Origin: a virus
Virus record (IMG/VR): IMGVR_UViG_3300045538_000426
Coordinates: 32,001-96,000 of that record
Reading direction: 5' to 3' (one strand)
Length of the DNA: 64,000 nt
Part shown: piece after piece, positions 37,564 through 47,412 of the stretch
How positions within the stretch are numbered: the stretch's first letter is position 1
Layout of the letters: every line of letters starts with the position of its first letter
Translations under genes and position numbers: made by a program
Notes under the pieces: model-generated
Seen by the model: the letters and a program-made list of their open reading frames with translations, nothing else
What the model was told of the DNA's origin: nothing
Database searches by the model: none

Positions 37564-38273
37564 TGGAACAAGAAAACACAGACAGTCTTCTACGGTCGCT
37601 CATGGAACAAGTTTCCAAGCTTTCAACGGAGGTGGCCGATCTCAAACGAGATATACCCACCAATGAGGACGTCATCAAAGAGATATCAATAACGAAGAAT
37701 GCCAATTTTAAGATACTTCCGTTTAGAACAAAGAGAAAACGAGGATTGGGCGCATCGCCGTTGTTGGAATCGGAGATAAGAGAAGCGCAATCGAAGTCAA
37801 AGAGCGCCGCACAGGCAGCGAAACATCTTAACGTATCGTTTGTCACGTATAAGAAGTATGCAACTCTCTACGGAATACACTCTACGTTTTCAAACCGATG
37901 TGGGAAGGGAGTTCCGAAGCCCAAGAATCCTAACTACGGAAAATATCCGTTGAATGATATACTAGAAGGAAAATTTCCAGAATATCCACTTTGGAAATTG
38001 AAAGACAGGTTGATTAGGGCCGGGCTCAAACAGCCCCTCTGTGAGTTGTGTGGATATTCTGAACGCAGAATTACCGACGGTAAGATACCGTTGCTTCTGG
38101 TTTTTGAGGATGATAATCCGAAAAATCACAAACTTCTAAATATTAAAGTTTATTGTTATAATTGTTCCTTCACCGCTGGTAAAATATGGGTCAAGATAAA
38201 AGACAGAACCCGTTGGATAAACGACCCGGATAGACTACAGGGTTCAAAATACGACACGGAACAAAGATTTTAA
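37563..38273 (+). CDS. HTH plus degenerate HNH-like zinc-binding protein
   Basis: AAQAAKHLNVSFVTYKKYA (HTH), LKDRLI..CELCG, and LLLVFEDDNPKNHKLLNIKVYCYNC. Confidence 0.65.
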   Translation: MEQENTDSLLRSLMEQVSKLSTEVADLKRDIPTNEDVIKEISITKNANFKILPFRTKRKRGLGASPLLESEIREAQSKSKSAAQAAKHLNVSFVTYKKYATLYGIHSTFSNRCGKGVPKPKNPNYGKYPLNDILEGKFPEYPLWKLKDRLIRAGLKQPLCELCGYSERRITDGKIPLLLVFEDDNPKNHKLLNIKVYCYNCSFTAGKIWVKIKDRTRWINDPDRLQGSKYDTEQRF

Positions 38274-38293
38274 GTGTTATTGAAACCGACTTC

Positions 38294-38301
38294 TATTTAT
38301 C
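38294..38301 (+). promoter_or_regulatory. TATTTAT late-promoter-like motif
   Basis: TATTTATC ends 6 nt before the ATG at 38308. Confidence 0.5.
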
Positions 38302-38307
38302 CTATAG

Positions 38308-38829
38308 ATGGATAACGGAGTAAATCACATTTTAAATGTTACCGGCGTTTTAAAAAACTTCGGTATCGCCAAGAAGATATCTGCCTCCGAATTGCGGAAA
38401 ATAAAGAAACGTGCAAAAGACGCATGTTCTTCGTCGGACGATTATACTGAATTGCTTAAGTCGGAGATATTGAAATACACGGATGATTATGTAAAGCGGA
38501 ATAAGATTCCGGGGTTAATCACGTCGAAGGGAAATGGACTTAAAAACTTCAACATCAAGGATAAAGCATACGCAAAGATTTATAATGAGGCTGCCCAGAT
38601 GGCTAAGGGGTTGTTGGCCGGCAGAACTCTCTCGAAGAAAGAGTTGACTTTTTTTATAATGTCTCTTGTAGGGGCGTTAAATCTCACTCAAGAAGATTTT
38701 GATGCTTTTAATAAAGAAATAAGAGAGAGTGCTGATTTCGAAGAATCCGATGAATCCGATGAATGGGGTGGATTTGGAGAGTATGGGTCGGACGACGATG
38801 ATGACGATGGGCCAGAACAAAATGCGTGA
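38308..38829 (+). CDS. Hypothetical protein with a very acidic C-terminal tail
   Basis: Ends in EESDESDEWGGFGEYGSDDDDDDGPEQNA. Confidence 0.65.
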   Translation: MDNGVNHILNVTGVLKNFGIAKKISASELRKIKKRAKDACSSSDDYTELLKSEILKYTDDYVKRNKIPGLITSKGNGLKNFNIKDKAYAKIYNEAAQMAKGLLAGRTLSKKELTFFIMSLVGALNLTQEDFDAFNKEIRESADFEESDESDEWGGFGEYGSDDDDDDGPEQNA

Positions 38830-38895
38830 TTGGAGTAAGTGTCCAATGTGGTGAACAATGATTTAATTATTGTTGGTTAAAGTGCATCTTCCGTA

Positions 38896-38903
38896 TATTT
38901 ATA
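38896..38903 (+). promoter_or_regulatory. TATTTATA late-promoter-like motif
   Basis: Ends 7 nt before the ATG at 38911. Confidence 0.6.
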
Positions 38904-38910
38904 GTGGAAT

Positions 38911-40749
38911 ATGGCACTCAAAGTCAAGATCAGTGAATTTGTCTCCGCATCCTTTGTCTCGGGAAGCGACTTGATTCCAATTGTCCGATACGAATCCGGC
39001 AGTTACAGTAACAAGAAGACTGATTTATCTGCTGTGAAGGATTGGTTAGTCACATCCGTGCCAATCGGAATACCCGCAGATGGTGTTTATACTGATGGGT
39101 TTTTTGATACGTTCACGAATACCACTCGGATTTCCGATGCCATCGATGATATAAGCGAAGCCTTTCTCGATTTGGCACCAGTAAAAGCCGGATTGCTCAC
39201 GGGAACAAACCTATCCATCTCGGGTGTAACGGAATATTCTGCTTATCTTGCATCGGGACTAAATTCCCATTGGTATAGCGGGTCTATATCCGCTGGAAGT
39301 CAAGTTTCTAAGTTTGTTAATGGTACCGCTTTGACGTTGTCGACCACGGGCTCTGGGCAATCTTCGCCGATGAATTTCCGTTCGGGAAAATACAGCGACT
39401 TCTCCTCTTTAACGGGGGGAGTCACCGCCAGTTTCTCCACTGGAAGTAACGCGGTAGTTCAAGCATCGAGTGCATCTATATTAAACTCCACGGCATCGGT
39501 TGTATCAAGTAGTTTGGCGATTGGAACTGGAATACTACCATCCACCTATATAAATGGAACTTCCCGATATAATACATTCTGGACGCAAACATCAGCGTCC
39601 GTAAAACACACACTTTCTGTCACTGGTTCTTCTACCTACCGAGTCACCGCCGATAATGGTGCCGGAACCACTAACGGATATACGATTTGGTTTGCTACAA
39701 ATACGGGCAATGATTATCCCAATCAAACTGTTTCAGCGACCGCTAGTGTGTCAACTGTTAATTTGAAATACATTAGCGGCATGGCATATCTATCCGGGTC
39801 CTCGACGGTACAAGTTAGGCTGAATGCTAATAATTTACATAATCCGGTATACAATTCAACTCCCATATCGTTTGCATTCTCAAACCCAACGATAGGATCG
39901 ATATCGGCCACAGGAAGCACGTCTACACCGGCGCATGGTGACCAGTTGGCTATAACAACCTCGTTGAATGTCACCACCGCGAATCAAGTTTCTTCTACAC
40001 CTTGGACGACGAATCCAACCTTTGTAGTCACCGCCACGAAACCGGGAAAATCAAATGTGACATCTGGAACAGTGACGGTTTATTCCCGTCCGGTTAACAC
40101 TTATTCAAATCCGTCGTCGGGAACCACAAACGCGGCCAACACCATAACAGAACTGTTCTTGGATGAATATTATAGAATAGGAAATTTGAAAAGCGGTTCG
40201 ACGTCAACATATACGACGAATTTCCCATCTTCATCGAACCTACAGACATCAGTTTCCAGCGCAGATAATGCTCATTTACAGGTTCAGAACGGTAGATTGA
40301 TAGCTGCTGGAAGCGGAGATTACAGTGGATTTACACCGGGTGCTTCCGCTGGTGGATATGCTAATTATTTCCGTAGATTAGACATTCTCTCCGATAACGT
40401 TGAGAGTGGACAGTTGACTATGTCATTCTCCGGATTCTCAACGGTTGAGGCGTGGGGTTCGTCTACCGGAGTCGGTCCAGAAGTAGCGATTGTATTGTCA
40501 TCCAGCATAGCCTCCAATCTAACCGCGAGTAGTATATTCGATTTGGGATTGGGCACTGGTCTATATTCGGGAACAAACGTAACCGGTTCTCAGAACGCGG
40601 CTAATTCATCATTGGGTTCCGGTCGAGTTTATTGGGCTCTGCCATTGGGAACAAACACCGGCCCAGCAACAACAAATCATCTCGTTTTATGGATACGTTA
40701 CAAGAACGCATCCACTAATTATATAGACGACCTGACTTTCAAAGTTTAA
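38911..40749 (+). CDS. Ser/Thr/Gly-rich virion structural protein (fibre/baseplate-like)
   Basis: Beta-rich, low-charge composition; N-terminal KISE motif shared with the 44802 protein; preceded by the late motif. Confidence 0.6.
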   Translation: MALKVKISEFVSASFVSGSDLIPIVRYESGSYSNKKTDLSAVKDWLVTSVPIGIPADGVYTDGFFDTFTNTTRISDAIDDISEAFLDLAPVKAGLLTGTNLSISGVTEYSAYLASGLNSHWYSGSISAGSQVSKFVNGTALTLSTTGSGQSSPMNFRSGKYSDFSSLTGGVTASFSTGSNAVVQASSASILNSTASVVSSSLAIGTGILPSTYINGTSRYNTFWTQTSASVKHTLSVTGSSTYRVTADNGAGTTNGYTIWFATNTGNDYPNQTVSATASVSTVNLKYISGMAYLSGSSTVQVRLNANNLHNPVYNSTPISFAFSNPTIGSISATGSTSTPAHGDQLAITTSLNVTTANQVSSTPWTTNPTFVVTATKPGKSNVTSGTVTVYSRPVNTYSNPSSGTTNAANTITELFLDEYYRIGNLKSGSTSTYTTNFPSSSNLQTSVSSADNAHLQVQNGRLIAAGSGDYSGFTPGASAGGYANYFRRLDILSDNVESGQLTMSFSGFSTVEAWGSSTGVGPEVAIVLSSSIASNLTASSIFDLGLGTGLYSGTNVTGSQNAANSSLGSGRVYWALPLGTNTGPATTNHLVLWIRYKNASTNYIDDLTFKV

Positions 40750-40758
40750 TTCGTAAGT

Positions 40759-43700
40759 ATGTCACTTAACAAAACAGACCTGGCCTTTAAGAAGCTGATA
40801 AACCGTCAGTTTACTACACCAAATCGTGCGTTCTATCAAGAGGTCGGTGCTAATACTCTTGAGATAGATTCTGGGATGGTTTATACAAGCCCGATACCCA
40901 CCTCAAGGGCCGAGGCTATATCCGCGAGTGTGGTGAGAGTAGTAAAATGTGCATTAACTAAAGATTACAGTGGAACCGTATCCACTTCATCTTACTATAT
41001 GATTTCCGGCAGCGGATACTCTGTAGACGCAAGCAACTATAACGCTAATTTCACATCATTGGGCGCTAACTTCTTCGTGATAAGTAGTTCATACGTTCAG
41101 AGGAATTTTTTAAGTGAAAAATACGGAAGTCAATATGCCGTGGAAGTGAGAGATAGTTCCGGTACACAACTGTCATCGGATTCTTCTATAAATTGGTATT
41201 TCGACTACAAAAGTGGTGTGTTACACGTAGCTGACCCGTCACCGTCGACTTTGCCGTATTCTATAACAGCGTCTCAATACATTGGTTCGTTTTTGAGTGA
41301 CTCGTCGCTGAACGGTAACGTAGGTACTCCCGAAATGTACGGAGCGGTTGGAGACGGAACCACTGATGATTTCTTGGCATTTAAGCATGCTTTGGTGAGT
41401 CATAGTATAGTAGAATTGGGTGCTAAGACTTACGCCGTCCGTGGTTACATCGGTATGCCTTCTAACAGATCCCTCGTTGGAAAAGGAAAGGATAGATCTG
41501 TAATTAAATTGATGGATAATTCACCGTATGGATATGGTTCACAGATATATGTGATTCAAAACACGGTGATGCAAGATGATGTTTATTGGACCGGTTCTTC
41601 GGTAGGAACATCCACCGGAACAGGATCAATCGTGGTCGACTACAGAGACACGTCTGTAAGAGATCAATCACCGTCAAGTCCATATTACCAACAGTCACAG
41701 GCACAAGCTTTTGCTGGTATGGGTTACTGGCAACATGACACGAGTGTAGCGAAAATCGGCGCACGTAGAAACGTTTTGATCGAAGGATTGACGGTCGATT
41801 GTAATTTTGATTATCAGGCTAGACACGGAAGCATAAATCATTCCGACAACCCATATTCGGCGTCCAGAGTCGCGGGTGGATATTATTACATACCGGATTA
41901 CAGAGAAAGAGTCCGCCCTACCATCCACGCTATAGTGTTGAATGGAGAGAATATCGTAGTCAAGGATGTCAAAATTGTAAATTATGGATACGGCGTGGCT
42001 TATGCTACATCGGGCCCACTGAACTACGCGGACTCAGCCACGTTGCCGGTTTATAACGAAAACTTTCCGCTTTTGATAAATGGTGACATCAGTGTAGATT
42101 ACACGTCTTCAACTCACCACCGTCCATCGGATCAAGCAGGCCTTTCGCTTTTCCGTGGAAACTACGCTATTGATTGCGAAGTTTTGGATATTGCTAATGT
42201 AAATTTGATGAATCCGTTCTCGAATACAACGGCCATCTATGTAACAAATCAATCGTTGAACACCAGCAATGGACAAAGCAGTTTTTCTTCCGAGGGTGGA
42301 ATTTTCAATTGCGTGGTCGATCCTGGTCGCAGAATAAAGACTCCGACTGCGAGTTTGTGGAGTGGTTCTTATTTGGATAGTTATAGTTACGTAAGTTCAA
42401 GTTTAAAACAATCCGCAGCAACTTTAGCCGAGTGGTTGTATACATCACAGGGATCTTTGACTGGATCGAATGGAGATATAGCTATATCAGAGGGTTCTCC
42501 TGCGGGAGCTTACACCTCACATATGAGGAAGGTGAGTGGAAGTTGGAAACCTATTGGATCTGGTTACGCTGTTCAGGAACATTATGTCCATGCATTCTCC
42601 GGATACAGAGTGTTTAATAGCTTAGCGAGAAATGCGGAGACAGGATTTTATCTGGATAGTTGGAGAAACAACGCGTTCGTTGAAAACAATCAGTTCGTCG
42701 ACGTTTCGAGTGGATTTAGAACCGTGGTATCTGACATCATATTGACATCCAGTTATAAAAACGTAGTCATTAAAGATAATTATGTTAAATTGACTGATCA
42801 GAGCAGAGCTTATGTCTATGGTCACGGTGCAATATTCTATGGAGCCGGCATGGCAACAGCAGATGGTTCTTCGTTAAGACACATAGATAATTTGACGATT
42901 GAAAACAATTTATTCGAATTGCCGATATCCGGAAGCACAGACGTATATGGTTCAGGTAATGTGGTGTTTAGGACGTATCCGAGATACGCTGGAATTTGGT
43001 TTGGTTCGGAAACCTCACTTTCCGGTTCATCACAACGGAAACATCGTTCGGTTTCTGTAAAAAACAACCATTTCTCAAACTGGAATCCGGTCAGGTCTCG
43101 ACTCGAATCTACTGAAGCGTTTGGGTATAATTTACCAATTTGGTTCGCATACAGCACGTCTTCATTAGAAGCTGATATAGATGACCCGGCAGCAGGACCG
43201 TTTCCATTGTCGATAAACAAGTTCAAGACGAATTTTTTACCTAACTATAACATTTCGGAAAACACCTATAGTGATGCAATTTATCCAGCTACATCGTCTC
43301 TGGTCCCAATCATCGTTTCGCTGCAAGGCAACGGTAATACATTTTATTATCCAATTGATCAAGTAAGCAAGCTTGCCACTTTTACCGCGACGAGTGGAAG
43401 TATAGGAATATTATTTGCAACCGGAAGTTTATATGGAACAGCGAGTTATTCTCTGAATGGAAGCGGCGGTTCCTCAACCGGATTCCAACCTTGGTCGTCC
43501 GGTTCAATGACAATTGAAATGGACGGTTCGGGGAACCTCCAAGATGAAGATGGAAACCCAATTGAATCGGAAGAATCCTCCTCTTTCATAACCTATGCCG
43601 GATCTGTATCTATCGGAACGACCGCTTCGGCAGCTGGATATTCATTGTATGTAAGTCGTTCAATTAAAATAGACGGTGAGTTAAGTCAAGGAACGGCCTC

Positions 43701-44754
43701 GATTGCATTTGGAAACTGGTCCCACGCAGAAGGAGATCTTACTTATGCTGGAGGAATAGCAGCTCACGCTGAAGGATATAACACTAATTCTAGTGGAAGT
43801 TATTCTCACTCTGAAGGTGGACTCACTCATGCTAGCGGATTATATGCCCATTCTGAGGGTTCATATACGTCGGCAAGCAACTACGCAGCTCACGCTGAAG
43901 GATATAACACTATTGCAAGTGGTCAACAGAGTCATGCTGAAGGATCTTCCACATTGGCGTCTGGTAATGGTTCTCATTCTGAGGGACAGCACACCACGGC
44001 AAGCGCACATTACCAACACGTATCTGGAAAATACAATGTAGCCAGTTCCAACAATGACGACCTCTTCATCATCGGATCAGGAACAGAAAATTCACGACGG
44101 TCTAATATAATGGTTGTAAATAGAAAAACTGTATATCTTAATAACGGCGGCTATGTATCAGGTAGTGGATTCAATATTGTTTCCGGAAGTTCTTTGTGTG
44201 TTAACACAACAGAGTCTTTCTTTGACAGAACATATTGGAGCGCTTCACTGTCTGTTGGCGGAGGGGTAATTGTAAAGAATGGTATATTATTGGTGACTGG
44301 TTCCGAATCTAACGGCGGTGGAAACAACGCCGGAAGTATTTTTGTTAAAGGTTGTGAAGATGCTCCGTTTTTGACATTGGGTTCAAAGAACGACGGAGCA
44401 TCCTCTGTTCAGAAATATGGACTTATTCAATCGTCCGGAAAAAGACTGTGGTTAGCCGCTGGAACATCAGCTGGCATCTTATGTATAGGACCTGATGACG
44501 AAAACAATGCCACATCAATTGGAACCACGCCAGACAGTGATTATACACTTAATATAGGTCCTGGAGCAGGAACATATGCTTTGAGAGTGCAGGGTGGTAT
44601 ATCCTCAAGTTTCTTCAAGACTCCGGCGAGCAGTTCTGTGGTTGTGAATGTCACCGGTTCTATGTTCTATAGCGGAAGTAATTTGTTCATATTTACTGGA
44701 AACGGATCTGCTGGAGGATTGGTTGGATGGAAAACCGCTTCACTAGGCGGATAA
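40759..44754 (+). CDS. Tail spike/fibre with pectate-lyase-like beta-helix depolymerase and HAEG repeats
   Basis: TPEMYGAVGDGTTDD (Pectate_lyase_3-like start), beta-helix-like middle, then about seven 14-aa S/A-HAEG repeats. Confidence 0.8.
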   Translation: MSLNKTDLAFKKLINRQFTTPNRAFYQEVGANTLEIDSGMVYTSPIPTSRAEAISASVVRVVKCALTKDYSGTVSTSSYYMISGSGYSVDASNYNANFTSLGANFFVISSSYVQRNFLSEKYGSQYAVEVRDSSGTQLSSDSSINWYFDYKSGVLHVADPSPSTLPYSITASQYIGSFLSDSSLNGNVGTPEMYGAVGDGTTDDFLAFKHALVSHSIVELGAKTYAVRGYIGMPSNRSLVGKGKDRSVIKLMDNSPYGYGSQIYVIQNTVMQDDVYWTGSSVGTSTGTGSIVVDYRDTSVRDQSPSSPYYQQSQAQAFAGMGYWQHDTSVAKIGARRNVLIEGLTVDCNFDYQARHGSINHSDNPYSASRVAGGYYYIPDYRERVRPTIHAIVLNGENIVVKDVKIVNYGYGVAYATSGPLNYADSATLPVYNENFPLLINGDISVDYTSSTHHRPSDQAGLSLFRGNYAIDCEVLDIANVNLMNPFSNTTAIYVTNQSLNTSNGQSSFSSEGGIFNCVVDPGRRIKTPTASLWSGSYLDSYSYVSSSLKQSAATLAEWLYTSQGSLTGSNGDIAISEGSPAGAYTSHMRKVSGSWKPIGSGYAVQEHYVHAFSGYRVFNSLARNAETGFYLDSWRNNAFVENNQFVDVSSGFRTVVSDIILTSSYKNVVIKDNYVKLTDQSRAYVYGHGAIFYGAGMATADGSSLRHIDNLTIENNLFELPISGSTDVYGSGNVVFRTYPRYAGIWFGSETSLSGSSQRKHRSVSVKNNHFSNWNPVRSRLESTEAFGYNLPIWFAYSTSSLEADIDDPAAGPFPLSINKFKTNFLPNYNISENTYSDAIYPATSSLVPIIVSLQGNGNTFYYPIDQVSKLATFTATSGSIGILFATGSLYGTASYSLNGSGGSSTGFQPWSSGSMTIEMDGSGNLQDEDGNPIESEESSSFITYAGSVSIGTTASAAGYSLYVSRSIKIDGELSQGTASIAFGNWSHAEGDLTYAGGIAAHAEGYNTNSSGSYSHSEGGLTHASGLYAHSEGSYTSASNYAAHAEGYNTIASGQQSHAEGSSTLASGNGSHSEGQHTTASAHYQHVSGKYNVASSNNDDLFIIGSGTENSRRSNIMVVNRKTVYLNNGGYVSGSGFNIVSGSSLCVNTTESFFDRTYWSASLSVGGGVIVKNGILLVTGSESNGGGNNAGSIFVKGCEDAPFLTLGSKNDGASSVQKYGLIQSSGKRLWLAAGTSAGILCIGPDDENNATSIGTTPDSDYTLNIGPGAGTYALRVQGGISSSFFKTPASSSVVVNVTGSMFYSGSNLFIFTGNGSAGGLVGWKTASLGG

Positions 44755-44780
44755 AACAGTCGAAATCAAAAAACAATCAA

Positions 44781-44788
44781 TATTTATA
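44781..44788 (+). promoter_or_regulatory. TATTTATA late-promoter-like motif
   Basis: Ends 13 nt before the ATG at 44802. Confidence 0.6.
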
Positions 44789-44801
44789 GGAAAGATAATT
44801 T

Positions 44802-46436
44802 ATGGCAAAAATCAGTGAACTAACGACACTTACCGCACCGATAACATCCTCTGATCTCGGAGTGATGATACGTCCCGCATCTGGTGGAGGATATAATTCC
44901 TTCAAAAGCAAGATGAATAATTTCGGAGATTTGACCGCATCTGTTTTAAATAATGGACAGGCAAATGTTGCTAGCGGTATAATTTCTCATGCCGAGGGCG
45001 GGGGCACTCTAGCGGATGGGCTTGGTTCTCACACCGAGGGATATTACACCACCGCAAGTATAAGTTATTCGCACGCAGAGGGGGCTCATTGTATCGCTCC
45101 TGGAAATTATACCCACGCGGAAGGTTCGGGGTCATGGGCAGGCATTTTGTTTGGGAATCCATCCTCCTTAGCTCCCGGCAGTCATGCTGAAGGTCTTTTC
45201 ACACGAACTGCTGCTCCTGGAGCACACTCGGAGGGAAGCGGAAGTTTGGCCAGAGGAACAGTTTCTCACGCAGAGGGAAATAATACTTGGACAATAGGTG
45301 AATCGTCCCACGCAGAGGGGCTAAAAACCACTGCTAGCGGAGAGTTTTCCCATGCGGAGGGAAATGGTTCATACACATTCGGGACAGCTTCTCACGCGGA
45401 AGGTCAATACACTTATGCTTCCGGAAATTATTCCCATGCTGAGGGATATTATACGACTGCGAGTGGAAATTATTCCCATGCTGAGGGAGAGGGAACCGTT
45501 GCTTCAAGCACCATTGCGCATGCTGAAGGATATTATTCTATAGCATCTAACAACGTAGCACATGCTGAGGGAAATAGGACCACTGCGTCGGGAGTAGGTG
45601 CACACACGGAAGGCGACTCTACTACAGCGACCGGAAATTATGCCCACGCGGAGGGATATGGGTCGACTGCCACGGGAATCTTGGCTCATGCTGAAGGTGC
45701 GTTGACTTTAGCTTCCGGCGTGGCGTCTCATGCTGAAGGTCGTTATACGACTGCTTCATCTGACTACGCCCACTCCGAAGGAATTGCAAGCATAGCATCG
45801 ACATATGCCGCCCACGCAGAGGGAAGTGGGTCGACGGCAGTTGGTACAGGATCTCATTCTGAAGGAAATAAGACGTTGTCATTCGGTGATTTTTCTCATG
45901 CTGAGGGATATTATACGACTGCGAGTGGAAATTATTCCCACGCTGAAGGCACATACTCTACAGCCAGTGGATTATATTCTCACGCAGAGGGATTTTATGG
46001 GGCTGCACCGGGTCTCGCCGCTCACGCTGAAGGCGGTGAGTGTGTTGCCCTTGCTGGGTATGGACATGCTGAGGGATACAGAACATTAGCATCAGGCGTC
46101 GCGTCACATGCTCAAGGAGCACACGTAACAGCGTCAGGGGATTATCAACAGGCAATGGGACGTTATAACGCCGCAATCTCAGATCAGTATCATTTAGTCT
46201 TGGTAGGAAATGGTTCATCTCCTTTTGCTAAATCTAATATACTGGTGCTCACCACTTCCAGTCTTTTCTTGAATGGATATGTGACCTCAAGTGGTTTAGT
46301 TGCTCCACAGACAAGCTCTTTACAGCCTGTGACCGGCTCGATGTTCTATAGCAGTGCTTTATCTAAACTATTCGTTTTCACTGGAGTAACTGGAACCGAC
46401 GGGCTTGTCGGATGGAAAGGAACTACCCTAAGTTAA
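44802..46436 (+). CDS. Fibre protein built from 14-aa HAEG repeats (YadA-head-like beta-roll)
   Basis: More than 20 repeats of the form ASGxxSHAEGxxTx. Confidence 0.8.
   Translation: MAKISELTTLTAPITSSDLGVMIRPASGGGYNSFKSKMNNFGDLTASVLNNGQANVASGIISHAEGGGTLADGLGSHTEGYYTTASISYSHAEGAHCIAPGNYTHAEGSGSWAGILFGNPSSLAPGSHAEGLFTRTAAPGAHSEGSGSLARGTVSHAEGNNTWTIGESSHAEGLKTTASGEFSHAEGNGSYTFGTASHAEGQYTYASGNYSHAEGYYTTASGNYSHAEGEGTVASSTIAHAEGYYSIASNNVAHAEGNRTTASGVGAHTEGDSTTATGNYAHAEGYGSTATGILAHAEGALTLASGVASHAEGRYTTASSDYAHSEGIASIASTYAAHAEGSGSTAVGTGSHSEGNKTLSFGDFSHAEGYYTTASGNYSHAEGTYSTASGLYSHAEGFYGAAPGLAAHAEGGECVALAGYGHAEGYRTLASGVASHAQGAHVTASGDYQQAMGRYNAAISDQYHLVLVGNGSSPFAKSNILVLTTSSLFLNGYVTSSGLVAPQTSSLQPVTGSMFYSSALSKLFVFTGVTGTDGLVGWKGTTLS
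45435..45940 (+). repeat. Identical 44-bp direct repeat within the 42-bp-period coding array
   Basis: CATGCTGAGGGATATTATACGACTGCGAGTGGAAATTATTCCCA at 45435-45478 and 45897-45940 (offset 462 = 11 x 42). Confidence 0.85.
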
Positions 46437-46597
46437 AAAGAAAATTTTTTCAGAAGGTTACTGAAAAATTTAGATAAACCACGTTTGGTGATACGAATTC
46501 GCCTGGTTTCTTGTTTATAAAACAAGATAGTGGTTTCAGTTAATTCGACGTTTTCCTTTTCTCCCGCCGAGTTTATAATAGAGATGGTTTTTTTCAT
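46433..46597 (-). CDS. 54-aa basic hypothetical protein (below the ORF-track cutoff)
   Basis: MKKTISIINSAGEKENVELTETTILFYKQETRRIRITKRGLSKFFSNLLKKFSF; its stop overlaps the fibre gene stop. Confidence 0.4.
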   Translation of the reverse strand: MKKTISIINSAGEKENVELTETTILFYKQETRRIRITKRGLSKFFSNLLKKFSF

Positions 46598-46604
46598 AAA
46601 AGGG

Positions 46605-46638
46605 TTTCTCCCGAACAGAATTAACTGTTCGGGAGAAA
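46605..46638. terminator. Perfect 14-bp hairpin, probable bidirectional terminator at the strand-convergence point
   Basis: TTTCTCCCGAACAG-AATTAA-CTGTTCGGGAGAAA. Confidence 0.8.
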
Positions 46639-46644
46639 TTTGTT

Positions 46645-47298
46645 CTAATTTGTTCCGTTTGATTCGAGGAAGTGCTTCCAGTCAGCGTGTTTTGCCTCTG
46701 TGATTAAATCACAGACTTTAATAGGACCGGGAGCGAACGGCTTACGGATTAACTTCAATCCGACTTCCTCATTCATCCGGTTTCCCTTTCGGGTGTTAAT
46801 TTCCTTCGAAGTAACAACCATGTTAGTCCAGCTATCCTGACCGCCTCTGCTCGATGGGATAATGTGGTCGATGTTAGCGTCGTTTTTATTCAATGGTTTA
46901 CCTGTGTATTGGTCAATGCCTCCGTCACGTCTCCAGAGAGCTTCCTTGGTGGGCTTTCCACGAAACATCCTAAGCGGCATCTTCGTGTAATTAGTTGCAA
47001 CCACAACCGTAGGAACTCTAATTTCACTGTGAGCACTGTTGATGGTTACATCCCAAGGACGGATAGGAAGTTTAATCCAATCATCCCATGTTAAAGGAAT
47101 GATTTGCGTTGGCTTATCAAAGTCCGGGTTACCATCTACATCGAGTTCATAGTGAATATCCAATGCAACCGAAGACGGTTCCCGTTCGGTGGATGCTCCA
47201 CAGAGCTGAATTATCGTGTCTTTGACGGTTTTGTAACCAACCACTTTCCAGCTTCGGTTAAGACTCAAACAGATTAATTTTTGTGCGATGTTGCTCAT
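46645..47298 (-). CDS. HNH endonuclease (McrA/HNH_5-like)
   Basis: LWRRDGGIDQYTG..ANIDHIIPSSRGGQDSWTNMV....IN.RKGNR. Confidence 0.9.
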   Translation of the reverse strand: MSNIAQKLICLSLNRSWKVVGYKTVKDTIIQLCGASTEREPSSVALDIHYELDVDGNPDFDKPTQIIPLTWDDWIKLPIRPWDVTINSAHSEIRVPTVVVATNYTKMPLRMFRGKPTKEALWRRDGGIDQYTGKPLNKNDANIDHIIPSSRGGQDSWTNMVVTSKEINTRKGNRMNEEVGLKLIRKPFAPGPIKVCDLITEAKHADWKHFLESNGTN

Positions 47299-47308
47299 AA
47301 CAAGGTTA

Positions 47309-47336
47309 AATATACCTCACTTTGAAAAAAAGTCAA
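47309..47336 (-). promoter_or_regulatory. sigma70-like promoter
   Basis: TTGACT-N16-TATATT on the - strand, upstream of HNH. Confidence 0.6.
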
Positions 47337-47412
47337 CGATTTTTTTTAAGTTCCAACTGAAGATGATGGAAAATATCCTACACGGGAATAAAAACTGGCG
47401 GGTGTCTATCGG

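Noticed and set aside
44802-46120. 42-bp periodic repeats as a CRISPR array or DGR
   Set aside because: The repeats are in-frame codons of HAEG protein repeats with synonymous variation. There are no unique spacers, cas genes, reverse transcriptase or adenine-specific TR/VR pair.
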